A stretch of DNA of 64,000 nt from Octopus vulgaris. Its lineage: Eukaryota. The translations under genes were made by a program, and so were the position numbers. The notes beneath the pieces were generated by a model. It ran no database searches and was not told where the DNA came from. It saw only the letters and a program-made list of their open reading frames with translations. Numbering within the stretch: the first letter of the stretch is position 1; every line of letters starts with the position of its first letter. The stretch spans positions 34,162,001 to 34,226,000 of the forward strand of contig OX597839.1 in the NCBI GenBank assembly GCA_951406725.2, given 5' to 3'. This document shows positions 23,633-37,795 of the stretch, one piece after another.

Positions 23633-24959
23633 TATGTCTGACATTTTCACACATGGCTATCCTAGAATACCCCCTCCCCCAACATGCTCCAGTCCGCTGG
23701 GTAACACTCGACCCCACCCCACGAACACCACCCCCACCCCACGAACACCCCACCCCACTCACTGCCCCCCGAAGAGAGCGAAAGCCCTGGTGCATTGGTT
23801 CATTTAGTAGCAGTGGTGCAACACCAACCGATTGACAGCCGCAGCAAGATGCATCAAAGGCGTTGCAGTAACTTGCAGCAACAGCAGCAACAGGTGTCGA
23901 CAAAGTTGCGTTGCACGCTCGTGAGCGCAAAACTCTATGACGATCGCCGTTCTGCAAAATACGCAATCGCCGAACCGCGACTGATAACCATACCTGGGTT
24001 TATTCGGAGGAGGAGGAGGTGGAGGTGGAGGAGGAAGAGGAGGGGGGAAAAAGGCAGGTGGAAGATCTGATGCCTTCCTTCAGATCAAACAAATCGCTCA
24101 GCCTAATACTACTACTACTATTGTTATCGCTGCCATCACCACTAGTACTACCACCTCCACCACCCACCCACCCCCCCCCACCAGCATCGCAGCTACCAGT
24201 ACAACCATCCACACCACCACCACTACCTGCAGTACAATTGCTACCACTATGACCAACGCCATATTACTACTACTATTACTACTACTATTCCTACTACTGC
24301 TATTACTACTATTATTACTACTACTATTACTACTACTATTACTACTACTGCTATTACTACTATTATTACTACTACTATTACTACTACTATTACTACTACT
24401 GCTATTACTACTATTATTACTACTACTATTACTACTACTATTCCTACTACTGCTATTACTACTATTATTACTACTACTATTACTACTACTATTCCTACTA
24501 CTGCTATTACTACTACTATTACTACTACTATTACTACTACTATTACTACTACTATTACTACTAATATTACTACTACTGCTACTACTACTAATACTATTAC
24601 TACTACCACTACTATTATTACTACCACCACCACTACTACTACAACTACCGCAGACAACAAACTAAAACCCACAAAATGGAAGCCTTTGTGTGGTTACTCA
24701 GTGTGCTAGAAATAGCAGCCAGATTTGCTCTGCTATTACCTCTGCCACCTTAAAAAGAAAAAGGGGAAGGGTTCACACTGGACCATGTGGTCCTTAATAG
24801 GCAAATGAAACAGGACAGTCATCGCTCTTTGGTCTTAGGTCGTAGGTCAGAGGTCAAGCTAATCAAAGTTTGACTCGTGGTTAAACAACAACAATCCCTC
24901 TATAACCACCAAATAGAAACAGCAGCTAAATCACACTCAGATTACATCTTAGTGTCTGG

Positions 24960-26262
24960 TAGGAATGGTGGTGGTTTTAGAGGAGGTGGTGGTAGTGGTG
25001 GTGGGGTGTGTGTGGAGATGGTGGTCGTTATGATGATGGTTGTGGTGGTGGTAGAGAAGTTGTTGTTTATAGTGATGATGGTGGTGGTGGTGGTAGTGCT
25101 GGTGGTTGTAGTGATGGTGGTGGTGGTGGTAGTGCTGATGGTTGTACTAGTGGTGGTGGTGGTGGTAGCAGTGCTGATGGTTGTACTAGTGGTGGTGGTG
25201 GTGGTGGTGGCAGTGCTGATGGTTGTACTAGTGGTGGTGGTGGTGGTGGTGGCAGTGCTGATGGTTGTACTAGTGGTGGTGGTGGTGGTGCTGATGGTTG
25301 TACTAGTGGTGGTGGTGGTGGTGGTGGCAGTGCTGATGGTTGTACTAGTGGTGGTGGTGGTGGTGGTGGCAGTGCTGATGGTTGTACTAGTGGTGGTGGT
25401 GGTGGCAGTGCTGATGGTTGTACTAGTGGTGGTGGTGGTGGTGGTGGTGGCAGTGCTGATGGTTGTACTAGTGGTGGTGGTGGGTGGTGGTAGTGCTGGT
25501 GGTTGTAGTGATGGTGGTGGTGGTGGTAGTGCTGATGGTTGTACTAGTGGTGGTGGTGGTGGTAGCAGTGCTGATGGTTGTACTAGTGGTGGTGGTGGTA
25601 GTGCTGATGGTTGTACTAGTGGTGGTGGTGGTGGTGGTGGCAGTGCTGATGGTTGTACTAGTGGTGGTGGTGGTGGTGGTGGCAGTGCTGATGGTTGTAC
25701 TAGTGGTGGTGGTGGTGGTGGTGGCAGTGCTGATGGTTGTAGTGATGGTGGTGGTGGTGGTAGTGCTGATGGTTGTAGTGATGGTGGTGGTGGTGGTAGT
25801 GCTGATGGTTGTACTAGTGGTGGTGGTGGTGGTAGCAGTGCTGATGGTTGTACTAGTGGTGGTGGTGGCAGTGCTGATGGTTGTACTAGTGGTGGTGGCA
25901 GTGCTGATGGTTGTACTAGTGGTGGTGGTGGCAGTGCTGATGGTTGTACTAGTGGTGGTGGTGGTAGTGCTGAAGGTTGTACTAGTGGTGGTGGTGGTGG
26001 TGGTGGTGGTGGCAGTGCTGGTGGTTGTAGTGATGGTGGTGGTGGTGGTGGTGGCAGTGCTGATGGTTGTACTAGTGGTGGTGGTGGTGGTGGTGGTGGT
26101 GGTGGCAGTGCTGATGGTTGTAGTGATGGTGGTGGTGGTGGTAGTGCTGATGGTTGTAGTGATGGTGGTGGTGGTGGCAGTGCTGATGGTTGTAGTGATG
26201 GTGGTGGTGGTGGTAGTGCTGATGGTTGTACTAGTGATGGTGGTGGTGGTTGTAGTGGTGGT
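24960..26262. repeat. Compound minisatellite: agtgctgatggttgtactagt motif separated by variable (GGT)n
   Basis: Roughly 30 copies of the motif visible. Confidence 0.95.
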
Positions 26263-26704
26263 GTAAAGTATGATTGATCTTGCTGAATTATTTCACCCTG
26301 TAGACATGATTTTCTTTCAGGTTTCAAAAACGTTTGCACACACACACCACACACTCGCTTCAACCCTCACCTTCTGGCTGATGTAATCAAGGTACACAAT
26401 GCCTGATAAACAGATAAGATGGTCACAGCTGGAATCTCTTCCTTTCATCAGAGCTCTTCTCTGATCTGAGGCTAAGCAACAACAATAATCATCATCATCA
26501 TCATCATCATCATGTCAAAGACAGACAAGACATGACCATCCTCACTGTGTTTAACACAGTTGATGTCAATGGTGGTGATGAAGGAGCCTCAACGTGCTAA
26601 AAATAGCAGCAAAATCTCCCTCCAATCATACACTACCACTGAAAAATATATGTATGTGTGTGTGTGTGTATGTGTGTGTGTATGTATATATATATATATA
26701 TAGG

Positions 26705-26919
26705 TGAACTGTGGCTGTGTGGTAAGAAGCTTGCTTCCCAACCACATGGTTCCAGGTTCAGTCCCACTGCATGGCACCTTGGCCAAGTGTCTTCTACTAT
26801 AGCCTACTATGGCTGACTAAAGCCTTGTGAGTGGATTTGGCAGGCGGAAACTGAAAGAAGCTTGTCATGTGTGTGAATATGTATGTATATATATATATAC
26901 ACATACATACATATATATA

Positions 26920-26960
<41 letters not shown>

Positions 26961-27083
26961 ATATATTCACAAGGCTTTGGTCGACCCGAGGCTATTGTAG
27001 AAGACACTTGCCCGAGGTGCTACGCAGTGGGACTGAACCCGGAACCATGTGGTTGGTAAGCAAGCTACTTACCACACAGCCAT
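26705..27083. mobile_element. Two SINE family A 5' halves in inverted orientation around a (TA)n spacer
   Basis: Plus copy 26705-26870, minus copy 26966-27083. Confidence 0.85.
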
Positions 27084-28816
27084 GTTTTTAATTTCGGTAA
27101 AGAAAAGGTTTTCTCAATGATAATGAGGATGATGATAATATCATTGATAATGACCATAGTGGTGATGGTGTTGGTGGTGGTGGGGCCGGTGGGGCCGGTG
27201 GGGCCAGTAAACGAGGATGGATGATGGATCGTTTATGGAGGGATGGCTTAGCAGAATGTTTGATGTGATAGTTAACGATCCATAACAGAGGTTCTCTTTG
27301 TGTCCATCCATGCACAGACATAGACCTCTGTATATAGGACTCCGTGTGTGTGTTTATGTATGTATGTATGTGTATGTATATAGAAAGATAGATAGATATA
27401 CATACATGCACACATACACAAATATATATATACGCATATACACACACACACATATGTATAGATATACACACTCGTATATATATATGTATGCATATTCACA
27501 AAATTATATACATATGCGCACACACAAATATATACGTGTACACATCTCTTTACAAGCACATACACGCACACGCATGCCTACACACATGCACGCCTACACA
27601 CACATGTACGCCTACACACACATGCACGCCTACACACACTCACATACACACCTACACTCACACATATACACCTACACACACATACTTACACGCATCTACA
27701 CACAGACCTACCCACACATACACACACACTCACAGAGACACATACATCTACACACACACACCGACACACACCTACTCACACACTTACATACACACCTACA
27801 CACACACTTACACCCACATACACCTACACAGAGCTACAGGCACGCAGCTACACACACACCTCTACACACACACCTCCACACATACACACCTCCACACACA
27901 CACACACCTACACGAACACACTCCTACATACACACTTACACCCACATACACCTACACAGAGCTACAAGCACACAGCTACACTCACACCTCTACACACACA
28001 TACCTCCACACACACACACACACCTCTACACACACACACGTATGTATGTATGTATGTGCAAAGAAATATTTCTGCCTGAGATGTTCTCCCCTGCCAGAGC
28101 CGAGAGGATTATTTGAGCAAAGACAAAAGAAGCCGGAGCGAAAAATCGCAAAAGTTTGTCCTCTTCCGATCAATACGGAAACCAAAACCAATACACGGAT
28201 ATCAATATATCAACATTGATATCGTTCCAATTAAACACATTTATTATTTCCCCGTGTCATTACTATACAGAACAGAAATGATAACAGCTGGGGGGGGATG
28301 GGGACATAGCAGAGGGCAGGTGGGGGGGGGGGCTGAGGGGGAATCGCAGAAAACAGGGACCATATTTTTCAATTACAATAAGTAAACATAGTGGTGGTGG
28401 TCGTGGTAGTGGTGGTCGTGGTTGTAGTGGTGGTGGTGGTGGTGGTGGTGGTGGTAGTCGTGGTAGTGGTTATAGTGGTGGTGGTGGTTATGGTGGTGGT
28501 GGTGGTGGTTGTGGTGATGGTGGTGGTGATGGTGGTTATGGTGGTGGCGGTGGCAGCGGTTGTGGTGGTGGTGGTGGTGGTAGTGGTTATGGTGGTGGTG
28601 GTAGTGGTTGTGGTGGTGGTGGTGGTGGCAGTAGTAGTTGTTGTCGTCATTGTCATTGTGGTGGTCGAGGTGGTAGTATCTATTGTGGTAGTTGTCGTTG
28701 AGCTGAAAGTCAGTACCGCTTAACCACATGCAAGAATGGAAAAACTGAACATTAAAATAATGATGACAGGAAGACCGAAATAGGAATCTGATAATCTATA
28801 TATGTATATATATATA

Positions 28817-29142
28817 TCATCAACAACATCATCATCATCAGTGTTTAATGTCCGTTTTTCATGCTGGCATGGGTTGGACGGTTCGACTGGGGTCTGGGAA
28901 GCCAGGAGGCTGCACCAGGCCCCAATCTGATCTGGCAGTGTTTCTACGGCTAGATGCCGTTCCTAATGCCTACCACTCCAGGAGTGTAGTGGGTGCTTTT
29001 TGCGTGCCACTAGCACAAGGAGCCAGAGGAACTGGCATCGACCATGGTCGGATGGTGCTTTTTACGTGCCACCGGAGCAGAAGCCAGTCAAAGTGCCACT
29101 GGCATTGGCCACATTTGGACGGTGCTTTTTACGTGCCACCAG
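28817..29142 (-). mobile_element. RTE LINE 3' UTR with internal tandem repeats and (GAT)n tail
   Basis: tttaatgtccgtttttcatgctggcatgggttggacgg...ggtgctttttacgtgccacc repeated. Confidence 0.8.
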
Positions 29143-29612
29143 GATCAGATGGTGAACACACAGAACAACCGGTGGCTTGCTGTGTCCCCAAAACATGTAC
29201 TCAGAGTGATAAGAATGAAGCATCCAGCAATATCATGGTGTTTGGAGTGATCACTAGTGATGGCAATGTCATGCTTCCATTCATCTTCCCACACGTCCTC
29301 AGACTCAACACGAAGGCCTAGATCAAGTGCCTGGAGGAGGTAGTGCTGCCCTGGGTGAAGAGGGTAGCTGTTGGAAGACCCTATGTCAAGCAACAGGACT
29401 CTGCACCATGCGACACAAGCAGGAGAACCCAGTCATGGCTGTCAGACAATTTCTGCAACCACATCATCCCTCACATCTGGCCACCTGACTCCCCAGACTG
29501 CAACCCTCTTGATTATTATGCGTGGGGTGCAGTTGAGCGAGAGACCAACAAAAATTTTTCTAACACCAAAGACAAACCGAAGGCAAGGGTCATGGCAGAT
29601 TTCACAAACTGA
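29143..29612 (+). mobile_element. Tc1/mariner-superfamily transposase pseudogene fragment
   Basis: QNNRWLA..KHPA/IMVFGVITSDG..LPFIFP..LRLN...YVKQQDSAPC..SRRTQSWL....WPPDSPDCNPLDYYAWG contains QD.AP and SPD.NPLD motifs, with a stop and a frameshift. Confidence 0.9.
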
Positions 29613-30562
29613 AACAAGCAAACGATCAAAGCTATGTAATTAACATGTAGAAATAGTTCAGTAACAACATGTAGCGATATATAGCATTTATCATAATAAT
29701 AATAATGATAATAATAATAATAATAATGAAATTATTGTATACAGTGCTCAGGTGCACCATAACTTATCAAAAGTGCGTATAAAGCATATTAAAGATCCCT
29801 CCATCATAATTCCATTCTCACTGAGAACACTTCATAGGAACATAAATCTAGCCCAGTAGATGACTGGTACTGTATTTTATCAACACCCAGAAGGATGAAG
29901 GGTGGAATTTGGATGCATTGCAATACAACATCCATCCTGGGAGTTTGGAGTTTGAACTTGCATCTGTTTATTTCCCTGAAACCTTTGTCTTTCTCTGTGA
30001 GAAGAAATAACTATTAATGTTGTATTTTCAAATTATTGTTTCATAAATTGTAAAATTCTAAAATATTCATTAGAAATAACACTTAAAAATGTGTGAATAG
30101 ATATCTGTGGAGAAACACCAGGTTTTTTTTACCATTTTCCATTAGATGGAAATAAAATATACAAGCTGTATCATATAAATATATATGTGGTTATATTATA
30201 TAATTACATACATATATATATATGCATATATATATATGATATATAATATATATTTATATAGCAATATAGCAGTATATGTATACAAACAGATGTTAAATGA
30301 TGTTGATATATATATATATATATGTAGCAATATCATATGTGTATATATATTTCTATAATATTGCCAGATAAATTTTTATAATATAGATTTGTGTGTGTAT
30401 GTGCACATGTATACATGCATAGATACACACATACATACATACATACATACACACACACACCACACACACACACACACACATATATATATAAATATAGCTA
30501 TTATTATTAAATTTATATACCAATATAGAAATATATGCTATATAAACGGATGTTAAATGACG

Positions 30563-30593
<31 letters not shown>

Positions 30594-31420
30594 CATCATC
30601 ATTTAGCGTCCGCTTTCCATGCTAGCATATATATATGTAGCAGTTTTAAAATTATACATGAAAATGAAGTAATTACTGAGGTTAAAAAATCTCTGTTCGT
30701 TAATTTTGCTTGAGTGATAATTAAAATTCAACAACACACATGTACATATATTTATTATTCATAGCTGCGATGGCTAAAATAATCTAAGCAACAAAGAACT
30801 AACGAACGTGTTTTTTCAGCTTGATTAATCTGCGTTAATCCTCTCCTGTTCCTTACTCTTGGTGTTCATCTGATAATCAACCAAGAATACAGGGAAATCG
30901 GGGGCGGGGAGGGGCGGAGGAAAACGGCCAGCCATGGCTGTCACTTGCAAACGAATGCAATTTGATAACATGTGCAATGATTACACTGATTGTTTTAGGG
31001 GACTTTGTAGTCCATGATAGACATAGTCACCTCGGCTCCCTCATCCTTGATCCGGCAGAACATCCAGGATTTGATGTGCTGGTGGAGAGGGTATTTGGTG
31101 GGTGGTGGTGGTGGTGGGGGGGCACACCAGTAGTCAGCTGGTATTCACTTTTTGATGAGCAGACTGGTATCGTAAGTATGAAATGATGTGCCTGGGTCAA
31201 GGGAACAATGCACTGCTTGGTCCAGGGATTGAACTCATGGCATTATGATTGTGAGTTCAACACCTCTAACCACTGAGCTATGCAGCCATGTTGCATTGAA
31301 AAATGGTATTAATCACCATCTTCATCATTTTCATTAATATTATTATTATTATTATTGTTATTGTTATTATTATGATTATTATTATTATTGTTATTGTTAT
31401 TATTATTATTATTATTGTTA

Positions 31421-31470
<50 letters not shown>

Positions 31471-32051
31471 TGATGAAAACTCACAGCTTATATTGTTGGA
31501 TATGGTGGAAAGTGTCAGCTGTCCACAGTCAGAAGACTTATATATACAGTTTCCGTCTACCAAATCCACTCACAAGGCTTTGGTCAGCACGTGGCTATAG
31601 TAGAAGACGCTCGCCCAAGATGCCATGCAGTGGGACTGAACCCAGAACCATGTGGTTGGGAAGCAGACTTCTTACCCACACAGATATGCCTGTGTCTACA
31701 TAATCACACTTGTGCCCATGTGTTTGTGTGTGTGTGTGTGTGTGTATTTGTGTATGTGCTTGTGTATGTGTCTGTCTGTGTGTGTCTGCTTTGTATGTGC
31801 ATGTGTGTGTGTGCTTTGTGTGTGTGTATGTGTGTGTGTACTTTGTGTGTATGTGTATTTGTGTATGTGTGTGTGTGCTGTGTGTGTGTCTGTATGTGTA
31901 TGTGTGTGTGTGCTTTATGTGTGTCTGTGTGCATGTGTCTGTCTGTGTGTGCTTTGTGTATGTGTGTGTGTATTGTAAACATCCTTGCTCCATCCTTATT
32001 TTTTGCATGACTGCATATTTGTCCATTTTCTCCTAAAAGTCTTATAATACT

Positions 32052-32053
<2 letters not shown>

Positions 32054-32082
<29 letters not shown>

Positions 32083-32490
32083 CATCATTTCGCACCCATT
32101 TCCCATTCTGGCATGGATCAGACAAATTGACTGGCAGTGGTAAACCAAAGAGCCGCCCCTGGTTCCAGTCTGTTTTGGCTTGGTTTCTGCGGCTGGATAT
32201 GTCCTCCTTCCTGATGCCAACCACTCCAAGAGTGTAGCAGGTGCCCTTTACACGTCACCGTCACAGGTGCCTTTTATGCGTCACCGTCACAGGTGCCTTT
32301 TATGCGTCACTTGTCACAGGTGCCTTTCACTGTCCGCAACTACGACTTCACTTGGCCCAACACATTTTCCCAAGCACAGCAAACCGCCGAAGGATTCGAT
32401 CACCCATCGTCACCTCCATGAGAGCCAACATCTGAAGACCACGTTTCACCATCTCGTCCCGCGTCTTCCTGGGTCTACCTTTTCCACAGA
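32054..32490 (-). mobile_element. RTE LINE 3' end (ORF tail plus 3' UTR)
   Basis: GVCGKGRPRKTRDEMVKRGLQMLALMEVTMGDRILRRFAVLGK, followed by the family 3' UTR and (GAT)n tail. Confidence 0.8.
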
Positions 32491-33341
32491 CTCCTGAAGG
32501 AATCGGCGCCGCCAAAGACAAAAGCATGAAAGCATCCAAGACTTGACCGACAGAGTTGGTTTAATCGACTCCCCACCTCCCCACCTCCCCACCTCCCCAC
32601 CATCAAATTTTCTGGCCTTCTTCCAAAATTAGAAGCAATTGCTATTATTATTATTATTATTGTTGTTGTTGTTATCATAATTATGTTTAATCATGATTAG
32701 ACTTATTTATGACTTCCTATAAATCCTACACTTTAAACCTAACACCACATCTCTAATAAGAAACGAACCAACATCATCATCATCATCAGCATCATCGTCA
32801 CAATCATCATCATTAGCACCACCATAATCACCATCATCATCATAACCATCATCACCATTATCATCATCATCTTCATCATCAGCATCAACATCATCATCAT
32901 CATCGTTGTTGTCATCATCGCCATCCTCACTGCCACCATCATCATCATCAGTTCCCGCTTCCCTCATCATCCATCACCACCATCCCCACCACCATCACCC
33001 TCACCCTCACCACCACTATCCTCATCGGCTCCATCATCATCATCATCATCATCACTATTATCACTATCATCATCATAACCACCATGATCATCATCGTCTT
33101 CATCATCATCACAATCATCATCACCACCACAACTATCATCATCACAATCATCATCATCATCTTCATCATCATCATCACCACCACAATCATTATTATCATC
33201 ATTATCATCATCACCACCACCACCAGCATCACCACCATCATCACAATCATCACCACCATTATCATCATCATCACAATCATCATCATCATCATCATCTTCA
33301 TCCACCACCACCTCCATTATTATCATCATCATCATCACCAC

Positions 33342-33373
<32 letters not shown>

Positions 33374-33918
33374 CCATTGTCTTCTATTTATTGATATTTT
33401 CATAATAAAAGAAACAGTGAGAAAAGAAAAGAGACAAAAATGGAAACCAAAAGAAATCCATTAATTGAGGAAAGAGAGAAAGAGAGAGAGGGAGAGGGAG
33501 AGAGAGAGATAGGGGGAGGGAGTGTGTGTGAAAAATTGGTAAATAATGATTGGATTCTCTTGTTTCAGTGGTGGGGGGTGGGGGTGGGGGGAAGCTGAAA
33601 TGGTGAAAACGAAGAAACCATAGAAAGTGTGAAGGTGGGGGTGGGGGTAGGAGGGTGGGGGAGGGAGTTGTGGCAGAAAAAGAAAAAAATAATGTAATCA
33701 CAAAAATGAATCATAAAACAAAAGACATAAAATAAAACACACAACAACAATGATAACAATAACAATAACAACAACAACAATAATAACAATAAGAAGAAAA
33801 CAATAATAATAATAACAATAATAACATTAATAACAACAATAGTAACAACAACAATAATGATAATAAGAAAAATAATAATAATAATAATAATAATGACAGT
33901 AATAATAACCACAATAAC

Positions 33919-33963
<45 letters not shown>

Positions 33964-33976
33964 AATAATAATAATG

Positions 33977-34021
<45 letters not shown>

Positions 34022-34149
34022 TTTTCAAATTTTGTCACAAGGCCAGCAGTATCAGGGGAGGGGTTAAATAACATTGAGGCCCCAATACTCAACTAATTTT
34101 ACTGACTCAATAAGATGAGTGACAAAGTCAACCATTATCATTCTTTTCG

Positions 34150-34340
34150 ACTCCAGGCACAAGGCCCGAAAATTTTGGGGAGGTGGGGGCAGTCGATTAG
34201 ATCAACCCCAGTACGCAACTGGTACTTAATTTATAGACCCCGAAAGGATGAAAGTCAAAGTCGACCTTGGAAGAATTTGAACTCAGACCGCTAAGTATTT
34301 TGCCCGGCATCTTAACGCTTCTGCCAGTACGCTGCCATAG
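34150..34340 (-). mobile_element. SINE family C
   Basis: gtacttaatttatagaccccgaaaggatgaaag...tttgaactcaga. Confidence 0.75.
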
Positions 34341-34349
34341 TCAACCCTA

Positions 34350-34600
34350 ATAATAATAATAATTATTATTATTATTATTATTATTATCAAGTGATAGAGC
34401 AGTCCATGCCATGAAAGTGACACTGGGGTAAAATATACGAAGCCCAGTATACCCATCATGACTACCCGTCTGATAAGGGCACACCAGGCACATGCTTCAC
34501 AACCATATGTGCTCCACATGGTGATCTCATATCAAGATAAACAGTGCATGACCTTGCAGGTGGGGCCCAGTTAGAATTTCTGTCAGGTCGAGTAGCCCCA
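34350..34600 (-). mobile_element. (TAA)n-tailed retroposon 3' region
   Basis: Homologous to 1-87 and 3005-3299. Confidence 0.75.
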
Positions 34601-35483
34601 GTCCAATGACTGAAACAAGGTAAGGATATAAAAAAAAATCTGGTTTGGCCCAAAGCTATAAAAAATGACATCTAGCAAAGATGCCACCTGATGGATTTGA
34701 ACCCAGGACCTTGCATTTGTGAATCACACTTCTTGACCATTCAGCCATACTCTGACAACACAAAGAGCAATTACGATGACAAGAACAATAACAACAACAA
34801 ACGCAATGATTATTATAGCAAAATTATATGAACAAACATGGAGGACGGTGAGCAAACATTCAAAGAGAATTGGAAAAATTGGCAGAAAATTGGCAGAAAA
34901 TAAGTGAAGGTGTGAAACGACAAGGAACTGGCAGGTGAGAAGAAAGGTGGGGGTGGGGGGCAGCAGGAGGGTGGGGGGCAGGAGGGTGGAGTGGAGAACT
35001 GGTTGAATTAGAACAAAAAGGAAATTATTCATGCTGGGATTAACCGAAATGGGGAAAAAAAAATGGTTCTTTTGTTTGTTTATTTTTCTGGAAATGTAAA
35101 AAAAAAAAAACCGAAAAGGAAAGAAAAGAGAATAAAAATGGTTGAAAAAGAGAAAGGAAATCTTCTCCAGCATGAAGATTTCTTGAAGGAAACGGCTGCA
35201 AAAACAAACACATTTCGTATGCGTGTGGGTAGAGTAGTAGTCGCAGGATTCATTTGAATCTAGGCTTTTATCAACAAGTGGGGCACCAGGACTGGCTGGG
35301 TTCCATAGAATTGATTCACAGTTTAGGGTAGACCAACAAGCAGATGGCATTTGTTAGTAGTATACTGTTGGTATGTGCGTGTGTGTAAATATATTTATAT
35401 ATATAATGCTACTGAAACAGCTGTAGTAAATCTTAAGCCCACTTGTCTTTTATACGTACACACAGAGAAACACACACACATGC

Positions 35484-35519
<36 letters not shown>

Positions 35520-35607
35520 GTATATATATATATATATATATACGTTTAAATATTTGTTGTGCAAGATTTTTTATGTGAAGTCGTGTGTTGAAACAGATAT
35601 TGTTATA

Positions 35608-36145
35608 TTTCCAGACGTCAGTCAAACTGTCCAACCCATGCCAGGATGGAAAACGAATGTTAAACGACGATGATTATGATGCTATATATATATATATATA
35701 TATATATACTAATAAAAGTGTTCAGCAAAAGTGTTATATATATAACAAAGGGTAAAATTAATTAATTAAGAAGTAATTAATAATTTCGCCAAGTAGAATT
35801 CGGTATGAAAAAAGGACCATTTCACGGTAAGTTTAAGTAATACTAATAAAAAGGCTTCAGCAAAGATTTGCTTCACCACACACCGAAGTTTAGAAATAGC
35901 AGCCAAAAATCTTAGCTATTTCTTCTACTTTAAAAAGGGTCTCCCGGAGAAACCAAAATACTTGAAGATAATTCAATAATTGATTGATTTTCGTTGCTTT
36001 ACTCTCTGCTTGTGTGAATTATCTTCAAGTATTTTGGTTTCTCCGGGAGACCCTTTTTAAAGTAGAAGAAATAGCTAAGATTTTTGGCTGCTATTTCTAA
36101 ACTTCGGTGTGTGGTGAAGCAAATCATTGCTGAACACTTTTATTA

Positions 36146-36177
<32 letters not shown>

Positions 36178-36251
36178 CATCATAATCATCGTCGTTTAAC
36201 ATTCGTTTTCCATCCTGGCATGGGTTGGACAGTTTGACTGACGTCTGGAAA
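35608..36251. repeat. Long near-perfect inverted duplication (about 240 paired bp, 39-nt loop, ~125-nt insertion in left arm)
   Basis: 35608-35728 pairs with 36127-36251, and 35856-35975 pairs with 36015-36134. Confidence 0.95.
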
Positions 36252-36306
36252 GCCAGTAGCTACACACCAGGCTCCAATCTGATCTGGCAATGTTCCTACA
36301 GCTGAC

Positions 36307-36420
36307 GGCCGGAGGCTATATCAGCCGAAACGTTGTGTTAACAACAAACAAGATGAAGACAAATATCCATCAAATGTAAATAATGTACATAATTCCTCAT
36401 CTCTTCAATATAGAACTGTT
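36307..36420 (+). repeat. 5'-truncated copy of the hammerhead-bearing repeat seen at 38620-38750
   Basis: gg.ggag.gtatatcagccgaaacgttgtgttaacaacaaacaagatg..gacaaatatc is shared with the minus-strand copy. Confidence 0.75.
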
Positions 36421-36431
36421 AAAAATGCGGA

Positions 36432-36935
36432 TTATAATATAATATAATGAAATTGTTGTATACAGTGCTCAGGTGCACCACAACTTGTCAGAAAGTGCGT
36501 ATAAAGCATCTGCAGTAATGTAGAAATGTCTGGAAAGCGAACAATGCATGAGTCAGAACATGCTTGCGTGTGTATGGAGGGGAGGAGAAGATCAGGTGTA
36601 GTGTTGGCGAATATCAGGAAGCATGGAAGTTTTGAAGGATGCAGTGCTCCGACAACTAACAACTGATGCCAGCAGTTTGTTCCATGCTTCAGCAACTCTT
36701 AGCGTGAGAAAAATGTTTACGAAAGTCATGGAAGGAGCTGTGCTGTTTTCTGACTTTGTAAATATGTCCACAGGTGTTAGACGGGTGGAGTTTGAAAGGG
36801 TGCTCAGAGTTATTGTTTGTAAGATGGTTGATAATTTTATGGGTGTCTGCCAAGTCAGCTGCCAGACGTCGGAGTTTCAATGTGTCCATGCCCAGGGAAG
36901 TAAGGCGTTCAGGATATTATCCTTGAAGATTTATG
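36432..36935 (-). mobile_element. CR1-like LINE 3' end; short tail copy also at ~29695-29790
   Basis: MDTLKLRRLAADLADTHKII...SNTCGHIYKVRKQH...RKHF/LRVAEAWNKL..SVV...ASFK corresponds to the CR1/L2 C-terminal motifs RR.RGDL..YKI, TRGH..KL, FS.RVV..WN.LP. Confidence 0.85.
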
Positions 36936-37795
36936 GTATCTTCTTCTCCATCCCTCTCTACCTTCATCCCCATAGAGTGCAACCGGCATAACTACACTTT
37001 ATGGCCTCAGTTCTTAAGTGCAGTTTTTATGTCTGTCTCTTTCTCTCGGGGTGAAGCTCTTATTTGCTTACACAAAATCCAAAATCGTAATATCTTCCTG
37101 CTTGTCGTCGTTCTCCAAGCATCTTCCTCACCTCTTAAACGCCATCTCTCACGCCTCTTCCTCTCTTCCTCCTCCTCCCCCTCTTCCCCATCCCTGCCAC
37201 ACCCACACCGTTTCAAACGCACCCTCTCCTTCCCTACATCCCTCCACCAAACAACCCACCCCCGTTTGCCGCACCACTCCGTACTTTGACATCCCCAGTA
37301 AATTAGCACTCGTTAAATTCCGTTTGATCTTTGTGTGATCTCTGTGTTGCTCAGACAGGTGGTGTTGGGTCAGGGATTGGGGGGATGCTGGCGGGGGCGG
37401 GGAGGGGAGGGAGAGGGTGTTGGCGGCGACAACGGTGGCGGTAATGTGGTAGTGATAGTGGTGGTGGTGGTGGTGGTGGTAGTGGAGGGGATGGTGGTGG
37501 TGGTGGTGGAGGTGGTGGTGGTGGTGGTGGTGGTGGTGGTGGTGGAGGGGATGGTGGTGGTGGTGGTGGAGGGGATGGTGGTGGTGGTGGTGGTGGTGGT
37601 GGTGGTGGTGGGTGGTGGTGGTGGTGGTGGTGGGGGGGTGGGGTGGTGGTGGTGGTGGAGGGGATGGTGGTGGTGGTGGTGGTGGTGGCGATGTTGTAGT
37701 GATGGTGGCAGTGGTGACTGCAGTAGCAGCACGATGTTGTTGTTGTTGTTGCTGCTGTGTTGGTGGTGGTGGTGGTGGTGGTGGTATTCGTGTCG

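Noticed and set aside
24877-26363. 466-473 aa Gly/Pro-rich ORFs resembling extensin or formin repeats
   Set aside because: They derive from a GGT-based minisatellite that is open on both strands and contains a frame slip.
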